A DNA stretch of 64,000 nt, taken from assembly GCA_963664405.1 (NCBI GenBank), contig OY761158.1, positions 2,016,001-2,080,000 on the forward strand, in the 5' to 3' direction. Position 1 is the first letter of the stretch. Each line of letters opens with the position of its first letter. A model generated the notes under the pieces. It saw only the letters and a program-made list of their open reading frames with translations. It was not told the DNA's origin and searched no databases. Made by a program: the position numbers and the translations under genes. Below are positions 36,275-46,898 of the stretch, piece after piece. Origin of the DNA: Thermoanaerobaculia bacterium (GTDB lineage: Bacteria > Acidobacteriota > Thermoanaerobaculia > Multivoradales > Multivoraceae).

Positions 36275-38440
36275 GGCACAGGCCCCCCGGAGAGCTCACC
36301 TTTTTTTGTAGCTGCACTCTTGTTGCTCCTCGGCAGTCTTGCCGCCGAAGGTGCCGTACTCACCATCGTCAACTTGGACGGAGCCGGGGAGGGGTTCAAC
36401 GACCCGACGGCGGCAACGCCGGTCGGCGGCAACACCGGCACGACCCTTGGAGAGCAGCGCTTGATCGCCTTCCAAGCGGCCGCCGACATCTGGGGAATGA
36501 CGCTCCAGAGCGACGTTCCGATTCGGGTTCGAGCGAGTTTCAACCCCTTGAGCTGCAGCCCCAGTTCGGCCGTACTCGGTTCGGCCGGAGCCACGGTGGT
36601 TGTCGAGGACTTCACAGGAGCACCTTCCGCAAGCACCTGGTACCCCATCGCCCTCGCCAACGCCTTGGCGGGAGTGGACCTCGCTCCAGGCTCTGACGAC
36701 CTTGGGGCTACGTTCAACAGCTCCATCGACAACAACAACAATTGCCTCACCGGCACCAACTGGTACCTCGGCCTGGACCATCAAGGACCCGGCATCGACC
36801 TCCTGGCAGTTCTCCTCCACGAGTTCGGTCATGGTCTCGGCTTCGCCAGTTACGTTAACGAATCCTTCGGTACCGAGATCGGGCCCCCCTTCCAGCCGGA
36901 CATCTGGTCCTTCTTCATGCTCGACAACAGCTCGGGCCTGTACTGGAGCGCGATGAGCGACAGTCAGCGCCAGAGCTCGGCGATCAACACCGGAAACCTG
37001 GTCTGGGACGGACCGGGCGTCACTCTCGCGGCGCCGGACGTACTCGATCCATCGACAGTTCTTTTGATCAACAGCCCCGGAGGGATCTCAGGCACCTACG
37101 CGGCGCAAAGCGCCTCCTTCGGTCCGCCGCTCGATCTGGTCGGCGCGACCGGCAATGTAGTGCTGGCGGTAGACGGAGTCGGAGCAACCAACGACGGCTG
37201 TGAGGCCCTCACCAACAGCGGGCAGGTATCGGGTGCCATCGCGCTGGTCGATCGCGGGAGCTGCAACTTCACCGTGAAGGTAGCCAACGCTCAGACTGCA
37301 GGCGCCATCGGAGTTCTGGTGGCCAACAACGTCGCCACTGGTCTACCACCGATGGGTGGGAGCGACCCGACAATCACCATCCCCTCGGTCGGGATCTCCC
37401 AGGCCGACGGAGCTCTGATAGTCAGCGAGCTTCCCGGAGTCAATGCGACCATGCGCCTTGACCCAATCGTCAGACAAGGGACCGATCTACTCGGGCACGT
37501 GCAGCTCTATGCACCCAGCCCGGTCCAGCCCGGTTCTTCGGTCGCCCACTACGACGTAGGTGCGCTGCCGAACCTACTCATGGAGCCGTCCATCAACTCG
37601 ACCTTGACCTCCGATTTGGACCTCACCATGAGCTCCTCGCCGACATCGGCTGGCCACTGACTCCTCCCTCGCCAACCCCGACACCGACGAGCGCAGGAAC
37701 GGCAACCTAGTACCCCGTCGCCCTCGGCGACGGCAACCGCAACCGACGTACCGCCGACCGCGACACCGACCCACACGCCCACCCAGACACCGAGTGCGAC
37801 ACCTACTGCTACTGAGGTACCGCCCACCGCAACCCCGACCGATACACCAACCCACACACCGAGCGCGACACCTACTGCTACTGAGGTACCGCCCACCGCA
37901 ACCCCGACCGATACACCGACCCACACACCGAGCGCGACACCTACTGCTACTGAGGTACCGCCGACTGCTACGCCGACTGACACACCGACTCCGATACCCA
38001 GTGCGACGCCGACTGCTACCGACCTACCGGCAACCGCGACACCAACCAACACACCTACTCAGATTCCGAGCGCGACACCCACCGCAACCAACGAACCTCC
38101 CACCGCTACGCCGACTGACACACCGACTCCGATACCCAGTGCGACGCCGACACCGACCGCCACCGACGTGCCACCTACCCGGACGCCCACCGCCACTGAC
38201 GTGCCGCCCACCGCGACACCGACTCCTCCGGACCATCTCGTGCTCGCCAACAACACGCTCTCGGTGCCGGCTGTCCACGAGGCTTGCAGCTCTATCACCC
38301 TCGGGCCAAACCTGTTCATCACGGCAACTGGCACGGGTGTCATTGCGCGGGCTCCTACCATCAGTTTCATCAGCGAAGTGGGGATCCTCAGTGGGGCAGT
38401 AGCGAGTTTCGAAACCTCAATCCCCGCTGGCTGCCTATGA
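36264..38440 (+). pseudogene. Secreted zinc peptidase with PA domain, Pro/Thr linker and small C-terminal domain; three apparent single-base indels
   Basis: IVNLDGAGEGFNDPT, HEFGHGLGF zinc motif, IALVDRGSCNF PA domain. One extra base in the C6/T7 runs (36283-36307) joins ATG 36264 to a full signal peptide. ELLADIGW lies in a shifted frame from 37630, and the original frame resumes near 37706. Confidence 0.75.
37730..38230 (+). repeat. Coding tandem repeat, 69-bp period ([23 protein letters not shown])
   Basis: ACCTACTGCTACTGAGGTACCG recurs at 37801, 37870 and 37939, with more degenerate copies on both sides. Confidence 0.9.
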
Positions 38441-38506
38441 ACCTGCGACAAGGCTCTCACTCGAAACCTTCTTGAGTAGGGTGCGGCGGGGACTCACTGT
38501 CCGGTT

Positions 38507-38710
38507 CGAGCTACCCCGGTTTCGTGGACAGTTAGTTATTTGAGTGATCATACGTTGGCGCTCGATCCGAGCCTGTTGCCATCCTCGGCGGATGGCGGCA
38601 CCAGCGTCCCACGGAAACGCGTAAGGCGTCGACTCGGAGTCTCTGTTTTCGAAGTTCATCGGGCTGAAGTAGCCGATCGACGAGTGCCGACGTCGTCGGT
38701 TGTACAAGTC
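38507..38710 (-). mobile_element. IS3-family remnant (integrase C-terminus and right IR)
   Basis: YNRRRRHSSIGYFSPMNFE; IS3-like IR GAGCTACCCCGGTTTCGTGGACA at 38508-38530. Confidence 0.8.
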
Positions 38711-38745
38711 CCGATCACAGTGATCACAGGACCGAGATTCGTCGG

Positions 38746-38991
38746 GTGCAGTACCGCTGGTACCCGCAATACGGGAAGGAAGTCGTTGTCCAAGGCAAGA
38801 AGAAAGGCGGCGGCGGGGTCTATCGATGTCAAGTCAACGATGACGAGACGCGCGCGAAGCTCGAGATTCCCAAATGGATGTTTGATCGGGAGCTGTGCTC
38901 GGGGACAGGCAACGACTTCGCCCTACGTACGATGGAAAGCGCTTGTCGATTGCTGGCAATTACTCAGAGACACCCGTCAGCAGGACCGTAA
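38746..38991 (+). pseudogene. Small hypothetical ORF, probably mobile-element derived
   Basis: YRWYPQYG...YRC...LEIPKWMFDRELC resembles short ORFs I recall next to recombinase elements; adjoins the IS3 remnant. Confidence 0.35.
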
Positions 38992-39172
38992 CTGACACTC
39001 TCGACGAGCGCATCAAGACCTACACCAATCCCGCAAAGAACCTGGCCAGCGTCGCCGATACCGAAGCCTTTCCCGAGTAGCTCGTACAGCGGCGGCGCCA
39101 CCTAGCAAGGGGCTCTGCCGAGAGCTCGAGCTGTCGTGGGCGGCCCCCCCCCCAGTCCAGGGCGCCTCTGAG

Positions 39173-39499
39173 TCAGCCCTTTGGGAGGTAGGGAATGGTC
39201 CCGGCGACATCGGTGTCGTCGATCACATGGACCCTGCTGACGCTCCCCGCGGCGCGCGCTGCCTTGTATTCGGCATAGGCCGGGTCGTTGACAAAAGCCT
39301 GCAGGGCCTCCGTCGAGGGAAACTCCAGGAGGGCTATGAGTGTCGTATCGAGACCCTCGCCCTCGATAGTGGTGATATTGGCGCTGCGGGCGAGGTACTT
39401 GCCGCCATGCTTGTGAACGATGTCGTGAACATTCGTTGCGTAATCCGGAAGCCAGGCTTCGTCGGTAACCTTGACGTCTGCGATCAAGAAAGCTGCCAT
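39173..39499 (-). CDS. DUF1330 family protein
   Basis: HGGKYLAR, IEG, LEFPS...F..DPAY...AR; AAGGAG RBS. Confidence 0.9.
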   Translation of the reverse strand: MAAFLIADVKVTDEAWLPDYATNVHDIVHKHGGKYLARSANITTIEGEGLDTTLIALLEFPSTEALQAFVNDPAYAEYKAARAAGSVSRVHVIDDTDVAGTIPYLPKG

Positions 39500-39528
39500 G
39501 CGTTCTCCTTCCCTCTTGTCAATGGGAG

Positions 39529-40503
39529 CTACGACTCGGCAACAATCTTACCGAGCACCTTGCGATCGAGCATGTCGCGCATCGCTTGCGGCACTTCTTC
39601 GAGTGAGTAGCGGCGCGATACCAGCGGGCTGAGGGCTCCGGCGGCGGCGTGCGCCTCGAGCTCCTGAGACATCGTCTGGAAAACCTCGGGCTCTTTGGAG
39701 CGCGCGGCGCCCCAAAAGACGCCGACGATAGAGCAGCCCTTGAGCAGGGCCAGGTTGAGTGGAATGCTGGGGATCCCCGCGGTAAAACCGATCACAAGAA
39801 ACCTGCCCCGCCAGGCAAGGGCCCGTAGAGCCGGCTCTGCATACTCTCCGCCGACCGCGTCATAGACGACATCCACCCCGTTTCCGCCGGTGATCTCCTT
39901 AGTCCGGTTCTTGAGATCCTCCCGGTTGTAGTCGATCGTCTCGTCCGCGCCGCGCTCACGGCACAGAGCCAGCTTCTCCTCGGTAGAAGCGGCGGCGATC
40001 ACCCGCGCACCCATCAACTTCCCCAGCTCCACCGCCGCGAGTCCGACGCTGCCGGCGGCCCCGAGAACGAGCAGCGTCTCCCCTGCTTTGAGGTCGCCGC
40101 GAAACCTCAGCGCGTAGTAGCCGGTGCCGTAGGCATAGCCAAAGCCGGTCGCCTGGGCGTAGTCGAGACCTTTGGTCAAGGGTCGAAGCGAAGAGGCCGG
40201 AACCACGATGCGCTCGGCAAAGCCCCCGATGCCACCGCCCCCGATCACGTCGTCCCCGACAGCGAGCCCGCTCACACCCGAACCGACAGCGCTGACCACA
40301 CCCGCAACCTCACCACCGGGAATGAAAGGCGGAGTCGCCTTGAACTGGTAGCGGTCTTCGATGATCAACGTCGCGGGAAAAGTGATCGCGACGGCGCGCA
40401 TATCGACACGGACTTCGCCTTCGCCCGGGCTCGGATCTTCGACCGTCTCTACCACCAGATTCTCCGGCGGACCGAACGCTTTACAGACTACTGCTCTCAC
40501 CAT
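39529..40503 (-). CDS. NADPH:quinone oxidoreductase (MDR family)
   Basis: PFIPGGEVAG, GAAGSVGLAAVELGK, LNLALLKGCSIVGVFWG. Confidence 0.92.
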   Translation of the reverse strand: MVRAVVCKAFGPPENLVVETVEDPSPGEGEVRVDMRAVAITFPATLIIEDRYQFKATPPFIPGGEVAGVVSAVGSGVSGLAVGDDVIGGGGIGGFAERIVVPASSLRPLTKGLDYAQATGFGYAYGTGYYALRFRGDLKAGETLLVLGAAGSVGLAAVELGKLMGARVIAAASTEEKLALCRERGADETIDYNREDLKNRTKEITGGNGVDVVYDAVGGEYAEPALRALAWRGRFLVIGFTAGIPSIPLNLALLKGCSIVGVFWGAARSKEPEVFQTMSQELEAHAAAGALSPLVSRRYSLEEVPQAMRDMLDRKVLGKIVAES

Positions 40504-40563
40504 CTCACCTCGTTTGCAGAGAACTCTCGCCTTTGACCCGAAGAAGGAGGATACCGCAACCGC

Positions 40564-41325
40564 CTAGTCGAGATGGCGCCTCGAGCTCTCGACGTCGCAG
40601 GGGAAAGATACCAACTCGGTGCCCTCCTCCGCTCGCTCCATGGTGACCGCCAGGGTCAAGGGTCGGGTCAGATACTTCGAGTCGTTGATCGTCATCTGCC
40701 CGGTGAGCGTGCGGCCCTCGGCACCGAGTGTGTAGCGCTCGACCACGACTCTCTGGTCGCTGCTCGGCGCATTTCTGCTCAACCCCCCGATCGTGGCGGC
40801 GAGATCGGCGGTCTCTATCACCAGCGTCGAGCCTTCGAACCAGCCGATGGCGTGACCGCCGGCCGTCGGCTCCCCACCCGCTGGATGGGCGCGACTCAGG
40901 AGATCGATTTTTCGGGTGGTGTCGAAGTACTCGTGGCGGATGGTCAATCGATCCTCGCTCAGTTCCCAAACTTGAAGATTCGGCACCATCACGATCGAGG
41001 GTAGACCGGGGGAGACGCTTATTGGCAGGATGATCGGCGGGGTCCATGGCATCGAAGGCAGCCTTACCCTCGGCCGTCATGCTGGCGCGGACCCTGCGGT
41101 CGCCACCGTCGAGACCCTGGGCGAGCCCCCTCTCGCTCCTGGACCCCCGCCCCTTCGGGCGCGTTGGACCTGCCAAACGCCACTGAACCCCCTCGGCTCC
41201 TCCCGAACCTGTGAAGGAGTCGACTCGAGTGCGAAGCTGGCCTCCTGGGCAGCGATCCCAAGGGCAAGCAGCGCCCCAATGCAGACCGCGACCCACAACA
41301 GCACTTGCTTCTGCGTCCTCTTCAT
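40564..41325 (-). pseudogene. Frameshifted secreted protein of the same family as 21123 and 22438
   Basis: Three frames carry successive parts: signal + GFSGVW; TAEGKAAFDAMDPADHP; PGLPSIV...GHAIGWFEGSTLVIET...FPC. Confidence 0.7.
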
Positions 41326-41449
41326 CGTTGCTAGCATCGCACCCCCCTTCGCGATTGAATCGTACACTCCACGTCTGTGTAACGCCTGGTACCGTCCAAC
41401 GCTGAAATCACTCGAGCCCTAAACCCACAACCGTTCTGCAGGAGACCTC

Positions 41450-42457
41450 ATGATTCACTTCGGTGTACTCGGAGCCGCGAAGATCACCCCGAGGGCGCTC
41501 ATCTACCCCTGTGTAGACGAGAACAACGCTGTCATTCGCGCTATTGCCGCGAGAGATCGCAGCCGGGCGGAAAAGGTGGCCGACTGGGCCCAGATCCGAG
41601 AGGTGGTGAACGACTATCAGGCGATCATCGAGCACCCCGAGTGCAACGCCATCTACATCCCACTCCCGATCAGTCACCACCGCGAGTGGACACTCAAAGC
41701 GCTCGAAGCCGGCAAGCATGTCCTGTGCGAGAAGTCTTTTGCCGCCAATGCTCGCGAAGCTGAGGAGATGGCGGCACTCGCCCACAGCAAGGGGCTGGTC
41801 GTCATGGAGGCCTTCCACTACCGCTATCACCCGGTCTTTCAGCGTGCGAAAGAGATCGTCGACTCCGGCGCCCTCGGCACGCTCCGCGAGATCGACGCAG
41901 AGTTCGGCCTCCCTTGGAAGATCCGAGCCGAAGACATCCGGATGCGCTACGAGACCTGCGGCGGTGTGACCATGGACATCGGCTGCTACCCGATCTCCTG
42001 GATTCGGCATCTTCTAGGCGAGGAGCCGGTGGAAGTGAGCGCCAAGGCTGAGATCGGTCCGCCGGACGTCGACCTCAAGCTCACGGCGCGCATGTCGTTT
42101 TCCAACGGAGTCGTGGCAACCGCCATCGGTGACATGACGGGGGAAAAGGAGTCGGCAACAATGAAATTCGAAGTACGCGGGGACGTCGGCGTGCTGAAGG
42201 TCAGAAACCCCCTGGTTCCACAGACCGGACACCTGATCGAGTGGACCGTTGACGGCGAGACGACGACCGAGACTCGAGATCGACGGTCGACCTACGGCTA
42301 CCAGCTCGACGCGTTCATCGCGGCGGTGGAAAACGGTGAGCCGCTCTATACCGACGGTGACGACGCGGTAAAACAAATGCGCCTAATCGACCGCTGCTAC
42401 GAAGCCGCTGGCATGCGACCAAGAGGGGAGAGCCCTACCCGTGGCCAGAGTCCGTAA
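41450..42457 (+). CDS. Gfo/Idh/MocA family oxidoreductase
   Basis: FGVLGAAKI, YIPLP, GKHVLCEK, EAFHYRYHP, GGVTMDIGCY. Confidence 0.92.
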   Translation: MIHFGVLGAAKITPRALIYPCVDENNAVIRAIAARDRSRAEKVADWAQIREVVNDYQAIIEHPECNAIYIPLPISHHREWTLKALEAGKHVLCEKSFAANAREAEEMAALAHSKGLVVMEAFHYRYHPVFQRAKEIVDSGALGTLREIDAEFGLPWKIRAEDIRMRYETCGGVTMDIGCYPISWIRHLLGEEPVEVSAKAEIGPPDVDLKLTARMSFSNGVVATAIGDMTGEKESATMKFEVRGDVGVLKVRNPLVPQTGHLIEWTVDGETTTETRDRRSTYGYQLDAFIAAVENGEPLYTDGDDAVKQMRLIDRCYEAAGMRPRGESPTRGQSP

Positions 42458-42471
42458 CGTCGACGTCAGGT

Positions 42472-42597
42472 TGACGGCCGTTCAGGGTGCCCCAGATCGC
42501 CGCAGCGCAGGAGCGAGGCGACGCAGCCGTACTCTGGTACGGCGGAGGAGCCGAGCGACGAGCACGCGGTGAGGTGGGGTGCCCTGGACGGCCGTCA
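42472..42597. repeat. REP-like palindromic element, family B copy 2
   Basis: TGACGGCCGTTCAGGGTGCCCC...GGGGTGCCCTGGACGGCCGTCA; inverted copy of 9925-10059; the right end is the VOC gene's TGA stop. Confidence 0.85.
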
Positions 42598-43008
42598 GCG
42601 GGCCTCGACGAGCTCGATACTCACTCCGTCGGGCGCCGCCAGGTAGCAGAGCAACGCGCCGGGGTTGAACTCCCAGGGCTCGACCACGAAGGTCGCACCC
42701 TTGGCTCGAATCTCTTCACAAAACGCTCTGAGGTCACCGTAGTAGGTGAATCCGAAGTGGTCCGTGCCCCACTCGTTGTGGCTCGAGTAGTCGTCATAAT
42801 CGCGCATTGGGCGTGTTTTGACCGGCTCTTCACCGGGTCGTTTGCCGCGAATGATCACCTGCATTCCGCCGAGCTCTACATTGATCTGGGGTGCCTCACG
42901 GAGCTCGTACTCGGCGCGGATCTTTCCTCCGAGGATCTCCTCATACCAACGCGCGGTCGCCGCCGGGTCCTCGCTGATGATGTGCACGTGGTCGAACTCT
43001 ATTGACAT
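42595..43008 (-). CDS. VOC (glyoxalase-like) family protein
   Basis: FDHVHI, DHFGF, PDGVSIELVE; GGAGGAG RBS. Confidence 0.9.
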   Translation of the reverse strand: MSIEFDHVHIISEDPAATARWYEEILGGKIRAEYELREAPQINVELGGMQVIIRGKRPGEEPVKTRPMRDYDDYSSHNEWGTDHFGFTYYGDLRAFCEEIRAKGATFVVEPWEFNPGALLCYLAAPDGVSIELVEAR

Positions 43009-43139
43009 CTTCACTCCTCCTGCCGTGAGCCTATCGCCGAAGTCGATCGACCGCGGCGTCGGTACGCCCGATCCTCCCGTCGCAGTGCCGAACCCAATGC
43101 CCTATAATAGCTTTCGAAAACCGACTCGAGGGAGACTGA

Positions 43140-45539
43140 ATGCGGAGGCCTCCTCAGACGTGGATGTGTCGCTGGGCAACCTGCTTGTTGGCAGTCGGGG
43201 GGCTCGTTTCCCCCGCCGGGGCCGAGCCGAAGCCCACCACCGTCTCCCCAGACTCCTCCGCACCGCACCACGCCCTGGTCAATCAATACTGCCTCTCTTG
43301 TCACAACGATAGGTTGAAGACCGGAGGTCTCGCGCTGGAGAGCCTCAACGGGCAGCAGCTGGGCGAGAACTGGGAGACGTGGGAAAAGGTCGTTCGCAAA
43401 CTTCGCGCCCGGCTGATGCCGCCGGCCGGGAGGCGGCGTCCAGAGGAAGCGACCTACCAGGCCGCACTCGCGTCCCTGGAAGCCGCCCTCGATACCCTAG
43501 CCGTCGCGACGCCGAATCCGGGCCGCACGGACACCTTTCGCAGACTCAATCGAACCGAGTACCACAACGCCATCCGCGACCTGCTGGCGCTGGACGTCGA
43601 CGTCGCTTCGCTGCTGCCGACCGACTCAGCGAGCTACGGATTCGACAACGTGACGGTCGGTAACCTCGCTCCCACTCTGCTCGAGCGCTATGTCGCCGCG
43701 GCCGAAAGGATCAGCCGACTGGCGGTGGGGCGCCCCACCCGTGCGGTTGGCGGCACGACGGTGCGCATGCCTCCCGACCAGACGCAGGAAAAGTATGTCG
43801 AGGGATTGCCGGTCGGGACGCGGGGCGGCGCCGTCGTTCCTTACAACTTCCCGGTCAACGGCGAGTACGAGATCAAGATCCGGCTGGCAAGAGACCGCAA
43901 TGAGCACGTCGAAGGACTGCGGCAGCCGCACGAGGTGGAGTTGTTGTTGGATCGAGAGCGCGTCCACCTCTTTACCGTGGAGCCACCTCCTCTGAGTGAA
44001 GCCCACGCCCTCCTTTATCAACCGGCGCAGCAGAACCTCGATGACCATCTCAAAATCCGAGTCCCGGTCACCGCCGGTCCCCACAAGATCGGCGTCACCT
44101 TTCCCGCCAAGCCATGGGTCCTGCTCGAAACGGAGCGGCAACCCTACGAGACCCATTTCAACTACTACCGTCATCCGCGAGTCCAGCCCGCGCTCTACTC
44201 GGTCTCGATCGTCGGCCCCTATTTCCCGGCGGGAAGCGCGGACACTCCCAGTCGGCGAAAGGTCTTCGTGTGCAAGCCGGCGGAGCCCGCCGAGGAAGAC
44301 GACTGCGCCCGCCAGATTCTCGCCAATCTGATGCGCAAGGCCTATCGACGACCGGTGACCGACGAAGACCTGCAGGGGCCCTTCGAGCTCTACAGCGCGG
44401 AACGAGCCAGGGAGGGGTTCGAAGCGGGGGTCGAGATGGCAGTGGCTGCAGTCCTCGTGAGCCCGGAGTTTCTCTTCCGCATCGAACAGGATCCGCCCGG
44501 CCTAGAGCCTGGGACTCCCTATCGCATCAGCGATGTGGAGCTGGCGTCACGCCTATCTTCGTTCCTCTGGAGCAGCATCCCGGACGACGAGCTGCTGGAT
44601 CTGGCGACCCAGGGAGAGCTCTCCGAGCCAGCGACCCTGGAACGACAGGTGAGGCGAATGCTCAGCGACCCTCGTTCGGTCAATCTGGTGAGCAACTTCG
44701 CAGCCCAGTGGCTGCACCTGCGGAACCTCGAGGCGATAAAGCCGGACAAGCGCATGTTCCCGGACTTCGACGACAATCTCCGTCAGTCTTTTCGCCGCGA
44801 GACGGAGCTCTTCTTCGAGGACGTCATTCGTGAAGACCGCAGCGTTTTGGACCTGCTGAAGGCGGACTACACCTTCCTCAATGAGCGCCTCGCCAAGCAT
44901 TACGGCATTCCCCACGTCTACGGCAGCCGCTTCCGTCGGGTGAGCTTCGAGGAAGAGGGCGGACGGGGTGGCCTGTTGCGACACGGAAGTATTCTGGCCG
45001 TGACGTCTTTCGCCACCCGAACTTCGCCGGTTGTTCGCGGTAACTGGATCCTCGCCAACATTCTCGGCGTACCCCCGCCACCGGCGCCGCCCGATGTACC
45101 GGATTTGCCGGCCAAGGCCGGCGGCAAGGAGCTATCGATACGGGAACGCCTTTCGGAACATCGCGACAATCCGGCCTGTGCAGGCTGCCACAAGCTGATG
45201 GACCCGATCGGCTTCGCGCTCGAGAACTACGATGCGGTCGGCCGTTGGCGAGACCTAGAAGCAGGGCTGGCGATTGACGCTTCGGGGGAGCTTTTCGACG
45301 GCAGCCGCTTTGACGGAATCGCCGAGCTCGAAGAGGCGCTGCTCGGTCGCCCAGAGCTCTTCCTCACGACCCTCACCGAGAAGCTTCTCGTGTTCGCGAC
45401 CGGAAGGGGGGTCGAGTACTACGATGGCCCTGCCATTCGCAACATTCTTCGCGAGGCGCAGGGCGAGGACTACCGCTTCTCGTCGCTGATTCTCGGCATC
45501 ATCAAGAGCGCCCCTTTCCAGATGAGGAGATCGTCATGA
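43140..45539 (+). CDS. DUF1592-domain protein (PSD-type cytochrome c architecture)
   Basis: YCLSCH, RRLNRTEY, LASRLSSFLWSSIPD, NFAAQWL, TSPVVRG, CAGCH, DPIGFALENYD. Confidence 0.92.
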   Translation: MRRPPQTWMCRWATCLLAVGGLVSPAGAEPKPTTVSPDSSAPHHALVNQYCLSCHNDRLKTGGLALESLNGQQLGENWETWEKVVRKLRARLMPPAGRRRPEEATYQAALASLEAALDTLAVATPNPGRTDTFRRLNRTEYHNAIRDLLALDVDVASLLPTDSASYGFDNVTVGNLAPTLLERYVAAAERISRLAVGRPTRAVGGTTVRMPPDQTQEKYVEGLPVGTRGGAVVPYNFPVNGEYEIKIRLARDRNEHVEGLRQPHEVELLLDRERVHLFTVEPPPLSEAHALLYQPAQQNLDDHLKIRVPVTAGPHKIGVTFPAKPWVLLETERQPYETHFNYYRHPRVQPALYSVSIVGPYFPAGSADTPSRRKVFVCKPAEPAEEDDCARQILANLMRKAYRRPVTDEDLQGPFELYSAERAREGFEAGVEMAVAAVLVSPEFLFRIEQDPPGLEPGTPYRISDVELASRLSSFLWSSIPDDELLDLATQGELSEPATLERQVRRMLSDPRSVNLVSNFAAQWLHLRNLEAIKPDKRMFPDFDDNLRQSFRRETELFFEDVIREDRSVLDLLKADYTFLNERLAKHYGIPHVYGSRFRRVSFEEEGGRGGLLRHGSILAVTSFATRTSPVVRGNWILANILGVPPPPAPPDVPDLPAKAGGKELSIRERLSEHRDNPACAGCHKLMDPIGFALENYDAVGRWRDLEAGLAIDASGELFDGSRFDGIAELEEALLGRPELFLTTLTEKLLVFATGRGVEYYDGPAIRNILREAQGEDYRFSSLILGIIKSAPFQMRRSS

Positions 45540-46888
45540 TTCTCACCAAGAAGGCCCTACCCCGCCGCACCTTTCTGCGGGGTCTGGGCGCGACCGTGGC
45601 GCTGCCCTTGCTCGATGCGATGGTTCCCTCGATGACGGCCCTTGCCAAAACCCCGGCCAAGCCGGTACGCCGCTTGGGCTTTGTTTACGTACCGATGGGC
45701 TCCAACATCAAGAAATGGGCGCCGCCTGGTGAGAGCGGCGCCCTGGGTGAGCTCTCCCCCAGCCTCAGTCCGCTGGCGTCGGTCAGGGACCACATCACAG
45801 TGATCAGCAACCTGGAGCTGAAGAACGCCTACCCAGGCACTCACGCCACCTCCAACGCCTCTTTCTTGAGCGCGGCCAAGGCGAAGTGGACCGAGAGCAC
45901 GGACTATTACCTGGGCACCACCGTCGATCAGATCGCCGCACAGCAGATGGGTCAGGAGACTCAGCTGCCCTCTCTGGAGCTGGCGATGGATCTGATGGAC
46001 ATGGTCGGTCAGTGCGACAACGGATACGCCTGTGTCTACCAGAACAATCTGTCCTGGTCATCGCCGACAACGCCGCTGCCTGCCGAGGCACACCCGCGGA
46101 TCGTTTTCGAGCGCCTCTTCGGCGAAGGAGGCAGTCCCGAACAGCGTCGAGCCGCTTTAGGGAGGAAAGCCAGCCTGCTGGATTGGGTGCACGAAGACAT
46201 CAGCCGCCTACAAAGGAAGCTCGGGCCCGGAGACCAGGTCAAAGTCAGTGAGTATCTCGACTCGGTTCGTGAGGTCGAGCGCCGGATTCAGAGGGCCGAA
46301 GTGAAGTCCGAGGACAGTCCACTTCCAGACTTCGACCGCCCGGTCAGCGTTCCGGCAGCCTACGGCGACCATGCCAAGCTGATGTTCGACCTCCAAGTGT
46401 TGGCGATGCAAGCCGACGTCACCCGGGTCATCACCTTTCAGCTCGCTCGTGAGTCGAGCAACAGAACCTACCCCGAAGTCGACGCTCCCGATTCCCACCA
46501 CGCCACCTCCCATCACGGCAACCAACCGGAGAAGGTCGCAAGGCTGGCGAGGATCAATCAGTTCCACGTATCTCTCTTCGCTTACTTCGTCGAAAAGATG
46601 GCATCGGTACCGGACGGCGACGGCTCGCTATTGGACCATTCGCTCTACCTATACGGCAGCGGGATGGGCAACCCCAACGTCCATGACCACGTGAATCTGC
46701 CTATCCTCGTCGCCGGCGGCGGGCCGGGAAGGCCGCGCGGCGGACGCCATATCAAATACACCGAGCCGGCCCCGATGGCCAACCTTCACCTGACCTTGCT
46801 TGATCGCGCCGGAGTTCATCTCGACTCCTTCGCCGACAGCACCGGCAAGATCGACACTCTGCTGGGCTCGGTCCCTCTGACCGCTTGA
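45536..46888 (+). CDS. DUF1552 (HXXSHH) family protein
   Basis: LPRRTFLRG...ALPLLDAM leader, SLEL, HHATSHH, DGDGSLLDH; ATGA overlap with the upstream gene. Confidence 0.92.
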   Translation: MILTKKALPRRTFLRGLGATVALPLLDAMVPSMTALAKTPAKPVRRLGFVYVPMGSNIKKWAPPGESGALGELSPSLSPLASVRDHITVISNLELKNAYPGTHATSNASFLSAAKAKWTESTDYYLGTTVDQIAAQQMGQETQLPSLELAMDLMDMVGQCDNGYACVYQNNLSWSSPTTPLPAEAHPRIVFERLFGEGGSPEQRRAALGRKASLLDWVHEDISRLQRKLGPGDQVKVSEYLDSVREVERRIQRAEVKSEDSPLPDFDRPVSVPAAYGDHAKLMFDLQVLAMQADVTRVITFQLARESSNRTYPEVDAPDSHHATSHHGNQPEKVARLARINQFHVSLFAYFVEKMASVPDGDGSLLDHSLYLYGSGMGNPNVHDHVNLPILVAGGGPGRPRGGRHIKYTEPAPMANLHLTLLDRAGVHLDSFADSTGKIDTLLGSVPLTA

Positions 46889-46898
46889 GGAGGTGACG

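Noticed and set aside
37658-37660. In-frame TGA as possible selenocysteine or readthrough codon
   Set aside because: The conserved ELLADIGW segment is in another frame across this site, so two compensating indels explain it better.
37730-38230. Regular repeats as a possible CRISPR array
   Set aside because: The 69-bp units have no unique spacers, encode a Pro/Thr linker in frame, and no cas genes are present.
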